In this document: piece after piece, positions 51,401 to 62,759 of the stretch
Position numbering within the stretch: the stretch's first letter is position 1
Layout: each line of letters begins with the position of its first letter
Assembly: GCA_964019425.1 (NCBI GenBank)
Contig: OZ025792.1
Location: 1,116,001-1,180,000, forward strand
Direction: 5' to 3'
DNA from: Flectonema sp. DT1601
Taxonomy: Eukaryota
Length of the DNA stretch: 64,000 nt
The notes under the pieces: model-generated
The model's input: only the letters and a program-made list of their open reading frames with translations
Told to the model about the DNA's origin: nothing
The model's database searches: none
Made by a program: the position numbers and the translations under genes

Positions 51401-52084
51401 GTCTCCCACGGCAAAGACATATCCGTTGCAGGCAACAACGTGTCTGAGTATGTTCACGTCAAAGAAAAACGTCCCCGAAGAGAATTTACTGTTTAGTATA
51501 CCGACACCTGGAGCACTGGTTGAGTATTCACTGAGGAAATATATCTTACCAGTGGACTCGTCTACGGTAACCGATCCGATGTCTCTGGTTCGTAAGAAGC
51601 TTCCTGAGCTGTCTACAGTTCCCATGGCAATGTCTGCCATTTCGAAGAAAACTATCCCTTCGTTTTGACATGCGCCATAGATAGTAGTTCCATTAGCAGC
51701 GAGTTCAAGACAACTTCCGATGTATGGAAATTCCATCGCATTCCTAGTGTCAACTGTACCACCACCAACAATAGGAATTACATGTAACTTACCAGGTTCA
51801 GCAGCAACCAAATAAGGTGTTCCTCCGATAGTTATTGAAGTAGCAGTAATAATGTTTGAAATGTAACTCTTTGTTAACAATGATGCGCACTGAGAAGTTT
51901 CAGGATCAAGCTGTCTGATTAGAGTACCAGAAAATATGTACATCCACTTGTCATAAACAGCCATTGTTTCTAATGTACCGTATCCAACATTATCAAGAAA
52001 AACTGTTTTGTAGCATGTTGCTAAGTGTACCACAGTCAGAAGGATGAAAAACGTCCCCACATGCCTGAAGGTACTTGCCGCCAT
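48434..52084 (-). CDS. Mucin-stalked 7-TM surface protein, paralogue 6 (long stalk), ~1216 aa
   Basis: Intact ORF, same architecture. Confidence 0.9.
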   Translation of the reverse strand: MAASTFRHVGTFFILLTVVHLATCYKTVFLDNVGYGTLETMAVYDKWMYIFSGTLIRQLDPETSQCASLLTKSYISNIITATSITIGGTPYLVAAEPGKLHVIPIVGGGTVDTRNAMEFPYIGSCLELAANGTTIYGACQNEGIVFFEMADIAMGTVDSSGSFLRTRDIGSVTVDESTGKIYFLSEYSTSAPGVGILNSKFSSGTFFFDVNILRHVVACNGYVFAVGDNTFFGGLPNFLSSRLITNPGNMLDVTCHNGDPQKVAYGIGPTFPVFDGGIAQTVANAADEIIAISDFIYTLKKSSGTCKLYGRQTPVPTAVPTAVPTAVPTAIPTAVPTAVPTAIPTAVPTAVPTAVPTAIPTAIPTAVPTLVPTAVPTAIPTAIPAMPTVVPSSVPTAVPTAIPTAVPTAIPTAIPTAVPTSVPTAVPTAIPTAIPTSIPTAMPTAVPASVPTAVPTAIPTAVPTAVPTAIPTAVPTAVPTAVPTAVPTLVPTVVPTAIPTAIPTAMPNVVPSSVPTAVPTAIPTAVPAAIPTALPTAVPTSVPTAVPTAIPTTIPTAVPTAIPTAIPTAVPTLVPTAVPTTIPTAIPTAMPNVVPTLVPTAVPTAIPTAVPTAIPTAIPTAVPTSVPTAIPTAAPTAVPTAVPTAVPTAIPTAFPTAIPTAFQTSVPTAVPTSIPTAIQTAVPTTVLTVIPTAVPTAIPTAVPTALPTAVPIDTTAIPTVPTVPTSVPVIPTAVPTAVPTLPPTSIPTPMPSPLPPTPVPSTSVPETAAPPTEVPPVIDKKTTETVEEVGSAAAAASALGAGASAGPALRLVAISGSCRVGDQNNSSREYPRPLHPTQWKIGDSYALGMVAGNVMISFGFAVLCFFMLKIAERGGTSCAPKLFNGLDTQGLLRFPSAPLFVFQFLYQGTTQGGMSLVSHPNTPFHFIIGLVTCCGCVAVPIFIFRECRKGVPSQAVYADDARYGLKRLLMGPGEWVSNHVELHWVNRYRTVIGSFRQEVVWFSIVEFASMLAISAMESLNTRTLIQCGHKKLFEGFLFLILLVLEAILWPHCRARDSTVDFVLLGLQAAALFFMAAGYYEENTGHYGFQIASNFLFASVIILIVKSGIDVLVEGYILCKGIRTRVQQRHWEKNKKLDETSVVSESMPMRSSLGLSMSDALSPLPSMHPLASFSRTSNSSSMMTMRNLPTGEASLELSLMKQEFLDRNGRGCKIIEI

Positions 52085-53194
52085 ACTGTGTGGGTGGCTG
52101 TGAGTGAAGAACATGTAAAACATAATACTCAAATAACTTCGTCAATCAATTCTACTCTGATGAGGGGCATCTTGTCAATTGAAACTTCTGCATAATTGTG
52201 ATAACTGATGCAAAGATGAGAATAAGAGTAAAATAATTTCATTACCTTGTCTTCAACAGAGTTAGAAAGATTGGGTGTAGACTCCCAATAACCACTACTG
52301 GGAATCAGTTGCGTGGTACAAATGAATAATATTAAGAATGAAATATGTTATTCTCGTTGTTGAAGGTGATCTTTCAAATTAGAAAATTCTTTTTTCTTCA
52401 TAATCACGTGAGAAAATTGCCGCCATACCATAGAAAATTAAAAACTCGTAACAGGGCGCCGTTCGCTCCCAATTGTCCCAAGCATTAATATCGTAAAGTG
52501 CTTCAAAAACATTAATTCAAAAAAAGAAGTAAGTTAGCTACAATATGAGTTTGTTATGAATAATAGTTAATTCATTAAATTTAGTTTAGAAAGGAAAAGC
52601 TTGGAAAAATACATTGTTCTGCTGTTTTATTTAACACGGAAGCCTATAGAACGGTGGGTCTAGATTAACCCTCACCAGTAGAGGATCCAATCAGAGATTG
52701 TGTTTTTATAGCTTCAGCTCGGTTGTCAAACCATTCCCAGATACTAACAGGTTGAAAACAAAAAGAATGATCAGAAAGGTTTGTCAAGTTAGTTAGTATC
52801 ATTAATTTTAGAACAGAAAAGTGAGAATAAGAAAAGTAGAGATTAGTAAAAGAAAAGTATTCATTTCTGCAGTTTCCTAACATCAAAGGGTAATAGAATA
52901 TGTAGTTTCAGGAGCCTTAATCTTATACTACTTGTCCATTTTTAGGCCTTTATCAGTAAGTTCTAAGGGACTTCATTCTATGTTGAAGTTGCTATCATTC
53001 AATTTGGTTGTCAAGTTAGTATTAATAATTATCAGTCAATCAAAAAAAAGGGAAAATTTCGTAGGACAACAGTCCTACGAATTCGGTTGTCAAGTTAGTA
53101 TTAATGGTTATCAGTCAAAAGAAGGGGAGAGGGTGGGAAAATTCAATCGAATGCAAAAGTTCGTAGACAACAGTCCCACGAATTCGGTTGTCAA

Positions 53195-54340
53195 GTTAGT
53201 TAGAATATGAGTTTGTTATAAAAAAGTGCACTAAAATAAAATATAAAAAAGAAAAGTTATAAAAACACATTGTTCTGCTGTTCCATAATACACTGTGGAA
53301 TACGTAGTTTCAGGCCTTAATCTTATACTACTTGTCCCTCTTAGGCCTTCATCAGTAAGTTCTAGGGACTTCATTCCAGTTAAATAATAAATCGGATCCA
53401 TCAATTGGTCTATTTCAAAAGAACTGATTTCTTAATGTCCATCGGAGCTCGCCAGGACGGGCTAGCATATATTTGCTTTTGATCAGCGTTCTATCTCTTC
53501 TACATCTGTTCGTTTTATTACGAGTGCGAGTTCTCCTTCATCGGAGCTGTAGTCGTCTTTCTTGCGCTTTTCCTTAGTGTTGGTGAGGAGTAGAATTCCT
53601 TCATTCGAGGGTGCCATGGTACAGTCGTTATCATTATTATTATCCTGCAGAGTTTTTCTTAAAATCATGTGAAAACAATATTCTGGGCGTTTAAAATGTC
53701 TGTCAAAATGGTCGAATGATAATCGTCGGTCTGTCGCTCCTTTGAGAATGTCTCTAACAATAATGGAATCAAAGGAGACAAGGGCCACCATGTAGTGTGA
53801 CATTCTAGCACCAGCTTTGTTTAAAATGAATGCGGCGGCTATTGTTGGGTAGTCCATAGAACTGGGATCTACATATTGGTGGATTTCCCTGTTGAGTTTA
53901 TGTTTACTTGCTACCCCCAGAACGGTTAAAGAGAACCAGCCATCCGGGGATGGTTTTTGCTCGTTGCTGCCAGGTTCTACTTTTTGATGTTCTTCGTAGA
54001 ATGTTTGTTGTAGTTCTTGCAAATAGCTGAAATTAATTCGGTCAAGATAAAGATGGTCTGCAACAAAATTCAGCGATGCCCATCCACACTCACCTCCGAT
54101 TAGACCTTCCCCTGAAGATTGATGTGATTGTATTGGGAATCGTTTGTCTAAGGTGTGAAGTGTGAAACTTTTATGATTAATGGTGTCTTTTTCGTCGCGT
54201 TAAACTTTTCGGAAGTAATATTTAGTCGTCTTCGAATTGCAGCTGCAACATTGCCATCGTCAATATATAAGTTGATAAAGCTGTGACAAGCTACTGCGAG
54301 GTTCTTAAACTTGTATCCTCGGTTGAGTAGTCTGTATGTT
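53195..54340 (-). mobile_element. 5'-truncated Penelope-like retroelement: RT-thumb-like end, Josephin-like protease domain, 3' UTR with hammerhead, CTAA tail
   Basis: YRLLNRGYKFKNL (54336-54298); frameshift near 54200; then Q...ECGWASLN...DGWFSLTVL...FILN...SHY...FDS; stop at 53483; tail CTAACTAAC ending at 53195. Confidence 0.6.
53304..53369 (-). ncRNA. Putative hammerhead ribozyme, non-circularly permuted (degenerate copies 40941-41010, 52902-52971, 62049-62118; partial 27041-27084)
   Basis: GUCCCU AGAA CUUA CUGAUGA AGGCCU AAG AGGGAC AA GUAGUA^UAAG AUUA AGGCCU GAAA CUAC. All core nucleotides are present. Stems I (CUUA/UAAG), II (AGGCCU/AGGCCU) and III (ACUAC/GUAGU) are fully Watson-Crick. 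Confidence 0.65.
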
Positions 54341-55431
54341 CAAGTTAGTTAGTTAGTTATATAATCCAACGTTACTGTCAAACCATTCCCAGATACTAAC
54401 AGGTTGAAAACAAAAAGAATGATCAGGGGGGTTGAAATGTTTGTTATATTTATGAACAAATAAATATCTGTATCGTACCAGAGTTGACTAAATATTTTTT
54501 TTACGACCATATGTGACATATGGCGTAGTACACTACTATCGGAGAAACACCTTAAATTGTTATCTATAATTCAGTTAGAAAACTTGTGATATTTTGGTAA
54601 TATAGAAACAGTAATAAACTTTAAAACACTCAAAAGATACGTGATAAGGTTAAACTAAGACGTATGACAGAAGCTTTATCTTCATTTCAGAATAGTAACC
54701 AAAATGATTGATAATAGATTACTTTCTCGTACATAACAAAACTAATGTCAGTATAAGTTTCCAGAAATCGTTATCGAATCTGGTGATTCCGGGTCCACGT
54801 TCTACAAGTTCAGCGCCCAATGCCTTGCAGTCCGTTACAGCGGATGTAAATTTCTTTTCTTTTTTTGTTTTTCGGTTATCATTACTTATTTTATATATGG
54901 TTTTATTTCTTAGTTCGAAGCTAGTCACTACTACCGGAGCACACTTCTGCTACAGAATGTTGATTACTGTGTGATTGAAAAGTACTCTGACACATGGATT
55001 TTTGAGTCAGGCTTTCCACGATGTAGTTTAGATTTCTCTCTCTTTTTTTCATGTGTTTGTATGTATCCGTTTATCGAAAAGATAAGGTCACAATGATCAA
55101 GAGAAAGGAGTTAACTGTTTGAACATACTTAGATTGAATATAAATATGTTTATGTATCAAAAGTTAACTGTTGGTTAGTAAATGAGATTATTAAAAAAAT
55201 GCATTTGAGAAAATAAGATCCAACGTTGCCGTATATTATGAGTGCTCCAGGAGGGTAACTCACAGTAACAGAGGACCCAATCCGTAGCTGTTTCCGAAAA
55301 ACTCAAAATAGAATGTTGAATTAGCTTCAACTGAAGTGATGTAATTTAAAAAGATTAATGAACATCAATCTTCAGCTTTCTACCTCGCCTAGCTTATTAA
55401 ACTATTGAACTAATAAGAACAAATAAAAATA

Positions 55432-56078
55432 TGTGTATTAACTGGGGATACTTAAGTTGACATAATTCAACTCGAAACAGTTTAATTATCGTCGAGTGGG
55501 GATTCCGGCGCCAAGCGCGAAAAGCGCGAGGACGAGAAGATAATTATGTGTTGGGAGTTAGACATAATAATGTCAACTTACCGCCCAATTTTATATTTAA
55601 TGTCATACATTAGAATTAGGACTGTGCACATTTCATCACGAGAACCGCCGCTGATTTCTTCCATTTCACTATTGCCCTCCCCACATAATTAAACTTACGG
55701 GCTCAATAATTTTACGTTTGAAAGAAGCGTGAAATTAGGGCTCATAATCCCACTGAGGTCATAATCACACTCTTACTGATGCCCATTATCCACATCTATT
55801 AAATTATCCCCCCGGAAAAGTAAAAAACACCCACAACATAATTGCCATCATGTCAAAATCACCCGGATTATTAAAGGTCAATAACTACATCGCCACAGCC
55901 ATTTTAAACCAAAAACAGAAAATCATAATTTTACTGCTGTATTAGATTTGGTCTTAACTTCACACTTTTGTGATAATTTCGATTTGCCAGCCATCGGCCT
56001 TGTGTACGGAACGTAATTATCGGAACTTTCTACTCCGCGAGTGATGAAATGTGCACAGAAATAATTCGTTTATGGCAT

Positions 56079-56082
<4 letters not shown>
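55432..56082. mobile_element. MITE-like / non-autonomous DNA element insertion
   Basis: Absent from paralogous spacers (~42320, ~32830). Imperfect ~45-bp inverted repeats at 55596-55639 and 56041-56082, with a perfect 18-bp core CTGTGCACATTTCATCAC. Separate long palindrome at 55436-55595. Confidence 0.75.
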
Positions 56083-56240
<158 letters not shown>

Positions 56241-58302
56241 CACTAACAAGCATAACACTCGTAAAGCATCAAATATAAACGATAGATTGGCAGCAGCCCT
56301 CTGTCCGTTTCAGTTTCTTTCTCAATTAAGTTGCACATATTCTCCAACATTGATACCTAACAAGTAGAAAGCCTGAATCTGTGGAAACGGCGTCACGGCT
56401 CCGTTTGTACGCAGATCTGAATCACCTCCACACGAAGTGTGAATAGTGCACGTGACTCCACAGTTTAGTCTTTCCTTTTATTGTTTGCCTAAAATAAAGT
56501 ACTTTTGAAAATGAAATCACAAAGGGTAGGAAAAAGAGAGAAAAACAATGCAACCTCCACACAAGAAGTGTGAATAGTGCACGTGACATCGTAATTTCAT
56601 TTATTGAGCTTCAATGGTTGAATTACGCTTTAACACACTCTGAAGAACAACGTTCATAAAGTTTATAAAAGAAAGAAGAGAGAAGATAAGAGAAGAGACA
56701 CAAAGAAAGGATCGACCGATCGTTTCTTGCCCAAAGCGGAACAGATTCAAAGAAAACAGCAGAAAGACAGAGGGCCACATTCTGAAGATTATAATGCTGA
56801 AGAACTAAACCTCATTAAGACCCAGGTAAGAATCGGAATAAAGTAGAATCTTCTAGGGTGATAATTTGATACTGTATTTTCAAGCTCAAAGGAACAACAA
56901 TGTCTTCGGGTGGGAAAAAAGAGGAAAAAACTGATGATCTGCAGGGTGCCTTCTACAACTCAAGTCTGTATAAGCAGCAAAGAGAAACTAACGGGAAGAG
57001 AACGGGAATGAAGAAGAAGATGCACAAATTGAAAAAATAATACTTCCCAAGATAGGGAATCTGTACAGCTCTCAACAACCAAACTTAATAAATAAATAAC
57101 TGCAGAGTGGGTGAATGCTTCCCTCCGGAAGACCAACATTTGTATCAATTTAAATACGACTCGAGAAATCTAAAAAGCTGATGTGACCTTGAGGCCTTGC
57201 TTTCCATTCGAAGACGGGGTCATATTAAAAATGGGGAATATAAAATTACTGTGGGAGATGAGCTTCTTAAGACTCCTCGTCGGGGAAAAGAATATTACAA
57301 AAAAAAAAAAAGGAATATTCTTCTTGAGACTTTTCACATTTATTTTATCTTAAACACGTGGAATCGCATAATCACAAAGCTACACAATAGAAAGCGCGGG
57401 GAACACCTTTCCCTTTCCTTTGACACACTCTTTGAGAGAGAGCTTGTTGTATCTGCTGGTTAGTATTAATAATTAGATTTTAGTAGCTAGTTAGTGAGTA
57501 CTAGGATTCCTAATCATCAACAAGAACTTCAAAAGTATTGTTTTTCAGGACAATTCATGTTTTCTAAATCGTTTTGTTGGGAATGAGAGCTCAGTAGCTA
57601 AACTGAATTAACGACACCTTATGAGTAAGATGGAAATCAAATAACTTGCCGCGTGAAAACTGATCAATGCTAATTCATTAAAAGAAAATAAAAATAAATA
57701 AAAAGTCTCCAAAAATACAACACAAGTATTCTTAATAAAAGACAATACCGAACTGCAACGATGATGAAACAAACACCAAGCTTAACCAAATATATTTGGT
57801 GGTGAGGAAATAAAATAAATAGAGAGGAAGAATAACATAACGCCGCCGAATTTAAAAACATAACCGTGAACTTGATACTGTTCATGTTGTGACAAAACAC
57901 ATTTGAATATCAACGTAGTCACACTTAGTTCCACCTCTTTAATATGAGGAGAAAGTTTACATCATTACTTGAAGTGAAGATGAAGTCAGAATCAGAGCGA
58001 ATGGTTGAAGAAGATCGAGAATTCGCTGCTGAGGCTGCACAACAACTGGCAAAAGTTTCTGCGCAAGAATAAAAATTTATAAAAGAACTAAGTCCATGGT
58101 TCCAACATGAGGTCACCTTCCCCTTACCTCCAGGATATTAAAAGGAGTCGTGTCCAAAGGGAAATGGGGACTGCGACCGTTAACAATTCAGCCATAGCTC
58201 AAAAACAACTCGAACCATCAGAGAGTTGATGCAGCAAAAAAAGAAGAACAGCAGTATGCAGTAGGCAGGCAGTAATAAATCACTGGTGATGAACTGCAAC
58301 AA

Positions 58303-61300
58303 CTAAATCTCAACTATCTTGGAACTTCTGCCATTCCTATCCAGGAATTCTTGTCTCATTAAAGAAAGCTCTAAAGAAGCTTCCCCTGTTGGTAAATTCC
58401 TCATCGTCAACACTGAACCAGAATTCGATGTCTTTGAAAACGAAGCCAATGGATGCATCGATGGCAACGGCGACAACGCATCACTCATCGACAATCCCAA
58501 ACTCGATCTCATCGGCATTGACTCGCTTACTACAGAAGTCTCATCAAGCTTCTTATTCTTTTCCCAATGTCTTTGTTGTACTCGAGTTCGAATACCCTTG
58601 CACAGAATGTATCCTTCAACAAGAACATCAATTCCTGACTTAACTATTAAAATAATTACCGAAGCAAATAGAAAAGTAGAAGCAATTTGGAAACCGTAGT
58701 GTCCGGTGTTCTCTTCGTAGTAACCTGCCGCCATGCAGAAAAGAGCAGCTGCCTGGAGACCGAGGAGGACGAAGTCGACGGTGCTGTCACGTGCTCGACA
58801 GTGCGGCCACAGAATTGCTTCGAGTACAAGGAGAATCAGAAAGAGAAATCCTTCAAAAAGTTTCTTGTGTCCGCACTGAATTAAAGTTCTGGTATTGAGA
58901 GACTCCATAGCACTGATCGCAAGCATCGAAGCAAACTCCACAATACTAAACCAAACTACTTCCTGACGAAATGATCCAATCACTGTTCTGTAACGATTCA
59001 CCCAATGAAGCTCAACATGATTGCTGACCCATTCTCCAGGTCCCATCAACAGTCGCTTCAATCCATAACGAGCATCGTCAGCGTACACTGCCTGACTAGG
59101 AACTCCCTTCCTGCATTCTCTAAAGATAAATATTGGAACAGCAACACAACCACAACACGTTACCAATCCTATTATAAAGTGAAATGGCGTATTCGGGTAG
59201 CTCACAAGAGACATCCCACCTTGTGTCGTACCTTGGTATAAGAATTGGAAGACGAACAACGGAGCCGAAGGAAATCTCAGTAATCCCTGAGTGTCCAAAC
59301 CATTGAACAACTTTGGGGCACAACTCGTACCTCCCCGTTCTGCTATCTTCAACATGAAGAAACACAATACTGCAAACCCGAATGATATCATCACATTCCC
59401 AGCCACCATTCCAAGCGCATAACTGTCTCCAATTTTCCACTGTGTCGGGTGTAGAGGTCGAGGGTACTCCCTCGATGAATTATTTTGATCCCCAACACGA
59501 CAGCTTCCAGATATCGCAACCAACCGCAAGGCTGGTCCCGCTGATGCACCGGCTCCCAAAGCAGCAGCCGCCGCAGCTGCCGAACCCACCCCTTCAACGG
59601 TTTCCGCCGTCTTCTTGTCGATCACTGGTGGAACTTCTGTTGGAGGTGCGGCAGTCTCAGGCACGCTAGTGGAAGGAACAGGAGTAGGAGGTAACGGAGA
59701 AGGCATCGGTGTCGGAATCGATGTTGGAGGTAATGTTGGCACAGCGGTTGGAACAACCGTCGGTACAGTCGGAATTGCTGTTGTGTCAATCGGTATGGCT
59801 GTCGGTAGTGCAGTAGGGACAACAGTTGGAACGGCTGTTGGAATTACGGTTAGGACAGTTGTTGGAACTGCAGTCTGTATGGCGGTGGGAATTGAGGTAG
59901 GTACGGCTGTAGGCACCGAAGTTTGAAAAGCTGTCGGGATAGCTGTTGGAAAGGCTGTCGGGATTGCGGTGGGGACAGCTGTTGGTACAGCAGTCGGAAC
60001 AGCTGTCGGAGCTGCAGTTGGTATTGCCGTCGGCACCGAGGTAGGTACTGCAGTCGGTATAGCGGTTGGAATGGCTGTTGGAACAGCCGTAGGCACTGAG
60101 GTAGGTACTACAGTCGGCATGGCTGTTGGAATTGCTGTTGGCACCAAGGTAGGTACTGCAGTCGGTATAGCGGTTGGAATGGCTGTTGGTACCGCTGCGG
60201 GAATAGCTGTTGGAACAGCCGTCGGCACTGAGGTAGGTACTACAGTCGGCATGGCAGTCGGTATGGCTCTTGGAATTGCTGTTGGCACAGCCGTAGGCAC
60301 CAAGGTAGGTACTGCCGTCGGTATGGCAGTAGGAATAACTGTTGGAACGGCTGTTGGTACGGCAGTAGGCACTGCTGTCGGCACTGCAGTAGGAATGGCT
60401 GTTGGAACGGCTGTTGGTACGGCAGTAGGCACTGCTGTCGGCACTGCAGTAGGAATGGCTGTTGGAACGGCTGTTGGTACGGAAGTGGGCACTGCTGTCG
60501 GAATAGCGGTAGGCACAGCTGTTGGTACTGCCGTGGGAACAGCAGTCGGAACAGGTGTTTGTCTTCCGTAGAGATTACATCTGCCAGTTGATTTATTGAT
60601 GGTGTAAATAAAGTCTGAGATTGCAATAATTTCATCAGCAGCATTCGCTACGGTATCGGCAATTCCACCGTCGAAGACTGGAAAAGTGGGACCGATACCG
60701 TATGCTACTCCTGGAGTGTCTCCATGTTGACAGGTTACGTCTAACATATTACCAGGGTTAGTTATTACACGGACAGGTAACGAAGTAGCCAATCCACCGA
60801 AGAAAGTATTGTCTCCCACGGCAAAGACATATCCGTTGCAGGCAACAACGTGTCTGAGTATGTTCACGTCAATGAAAAAAGTCCCCGAAGAAAGTTTACT
60901 GTTTAGTATACCGACACCTGGAGCACTGGTTGAGTATTGACTGAGGAAATATATCCTACCAGTGGACTCGTCTACGGTAATCGATCCGATGTCTCTGGTT
61001 CGTAAGAAGCTTCCTGAGCTGTCTACAGTTCCCATGGCAATGTCTGCCATTTCGAAGAAAACTATCCCTTCGTTTTGACATGCGCCATAGATAGTAGTTC
61101 CATTAGCAGCTAGTTCAAGACAACTTCCAGTGTATGGAAAATCCATCACATTCATAGTGTCAATTGCACCACCAGCAAGAATAGGAAATACATGTAGCTT
61201 ACCAGGTTCAGCAGCAACCAAATAAGGTGTTCCTCCGATAGTTATTGAAGTAGCAGTAATAATGTTTGAAGTGTAACTCTTTGTTGAAAGCGTTGCGCAC

Positions 61301-61494
61301 TGAGTAGTTTCAGGATCAAACTGTCTGATCCAAGTACTAGCAAATATGTACATCCACTTGTCATAAACAGCCATTGTTTCTATTGAACCGTATCCAACAC
61401 GATCAAGAAAAACTGTTTTGTAGCATGTTGCTAATTGCACCACAGTCAGAAGGATGAAAAACGTCCCCACATGCCTGAAGGTACTTGCCGCCAT
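58303..61494 (-). CDS. Mucin-stalked 7-TM surface protein, paralogue 7, ~1063 aa
   Basis: Intact ORF, same architecture. Confidence 0.9.
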   Translation of the reverse strand: MAASTFRHVGTFFILLTVVQLATCYKTVFLDRVGYGSIETMAVYDKWMYIFASTWIRQFDPETTQCATLSTKSYTSNIITATSITIGGTPYLVAAEPGKLHVFPILAGGAIDTMNVMDFPYTGSCLELAANGTTIYGACQNEGIVFFEMADIAMGTVDSSGSFLRTRDIGSITVDESTGRIYFLSQYSTSAPGVGILNSKLSSGTFFIDVNILRHVVACNGYVFAVGDNTFFGGLATSLPVRVITNPGNMLDVTCQHGDTPGVAYGIGPTFPVFDGGIADTVANAADEIIAISDFIYTINKSTGRCNLYGRQTPVPTAVPTAVPTAVPTAIPTAVPTSVPTAVPTAIPTAVPTAVPTAVPTAVPTAIPTAVPTAVPTAVPTAVPTVIPTAIPTAVPTLVPTAVPTAIPRAIPTAMPTVVPTSVPTAVPTAIPAAVPTAIPTAIPTAVPTLVPTAIPTAMPTVVPTSVPTAVPTAIPTAIPTAVPTSVPTAIPTAAPTAVPTAVPTAVPTAIPTAFPTAIPTAFQTSVPTAVPTSIPTAIQTAVPTTVLTVIPTAVPTVVPTALPTAIPIDTTAIPTVPTVVPTAVPTLPPTSIPTPMPSPLPPTPVPSTSVPETAAPPTEVPPVIDKKTAETVEGVGSAAAAAAALGAGASAGPALRLVAISGSCRVGDQNNSSREYPRPLHPTQWKIGDSYALGMVAGNVMISFGFAVLCFFMLKIAERGGTSCAPKLFNGLDTQGLLRFPSAPLFVFQFLYQGTTQGGMSLVSYPNTPFHFIIGLVTCCGCVAVPIFIFRECRKGVPSQAVYADDARYGLKRLLMGPGEWVSNHVELHWVNRYRTVIGSFRQEVVWFSIVEFASMLAISAMESLNTRTLIQCGHKKLFEGFLFLILLVLEAILWPHCRARDSTVDFVLLGLQAAALFCMAAGYYEENTGHYGFQIASTFLFASVIILIVKSGIDVLVEGYILCKGIRTRVQQRHWEKNKKLDETSVVSESMPMRSSLGLSMSDALSPLPSMHPLASFSKTSNSGSVLTMRNLPTGEASLELSLMRQEFLDRNGRSSKIVEI

Positions 61495-62759
61495 ACTGTG
61501 TGGGTGGCTGTGAGTGAAGAACATGTAAAACATAATACTCAAATAACTTCGTCAATCAATTCTACTCTGATGAGGGGCATCTTGTCAATTGAAACTTCTG
61601 CATAATTGTGATAACTGATGCAAAGATGAGAATAAGAGTAAAATAATTTCATTACCTTGTCTTCAACAGAGTTAGAAAGATTGGGTGTAGACTCCCAATA
61701 ACCACTACTGGGAATCAGTTGCGTGGTACAAATGAATAATATTAAGAATGAAATATGTTATTCTCGAAGGTGAACTTTCAAATTAGAAAATTCTCTTTTT
61801 CTTCATAATCACGTGAGAAAATTGCCGCCATACCATAGAAAATTAAAAACTCGTAACAGGGCGCCGTTCACCCCCAATTGTCCCGAGCATTAATATCGTA
61901 AAGTGCTTCAAAAAAGAAGTTAGTTAGCTACAATATGAGTTTGTATCATTAATTTTAGAACAGAAAAGTGAGAATAAGAAAAGTAGAGATTAGTAAAAGA
62001 AAAGTATTCATTTCTGCAGTTTCCTAACATCAAAGGGTAATAGAATATGTAGTTTCAGGAGCCTTAATCTTATACTACTTGTCCCTTTTTAGGCCTTTAT
62101 CAGTAAGTTCTAAGGGACTTCATTCTATGTTGAAGTTGCTATCATTCAATTTGGTTGTCAAGTTCAAAAGGTTTAATAAATTTATGAACAAATAAATATC
62201 TGTATCGTACCAGAGTTGACAAAAATAAATAAAAAAAAATATTATTTACAAAGCCTAGGAGCCAAAAGCCAGGAAAGGCACACAGGGTAACATATATCGC
62301 TACCAGCAACCGTGAGATTCTCACAGACGATAAGAGACGTAGAATAACCTGGAACAAATGAGTACCTAAACCCACCGTCCACGCGAGCAGACAGTATTAG
62401 AGACGGCTGATAACGCCAATTTTCGTCAAAGAATAATAAACTATTAGTAATAATATAGTTGACTAAATGTTAGTATAGGTAAACACCCTGCATTTGACGT
62501 AGAGGACTTTACATTAGTTTAGTTAGCAAAATACAGAACTGAGGACTACGAGGGGTCTGGGCATACCGCATCAGTAAGGAACCAATCGCGAAGATTGTAG
62601 TTTTATAGCTTCGGTTGGAAGAGATTGACTCCCAGCTCCCACCTTACCCGAGGCCAACAGGTTAAAACAACTAAAGAAAATAAAGAGAAATGATCTGGGA
62701 GTGGGAGAGGGGTGACAAAAATAAAAAAATCTTTTTTATTCTATAATGTGTTTATAAGA

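Noticed and set aside
53005..53200. CRISPR-like repeat-spacer pattern
   Set aside because: Eukaryotic context, homologous 'spacers', irregular spacing and no cas genes.
54254..54268. YIDDG as an RT catalytic motif
   Set aside because: It lies downstream of the RGY thumb motif and lacks flanking RT motifs; probably coincidental.
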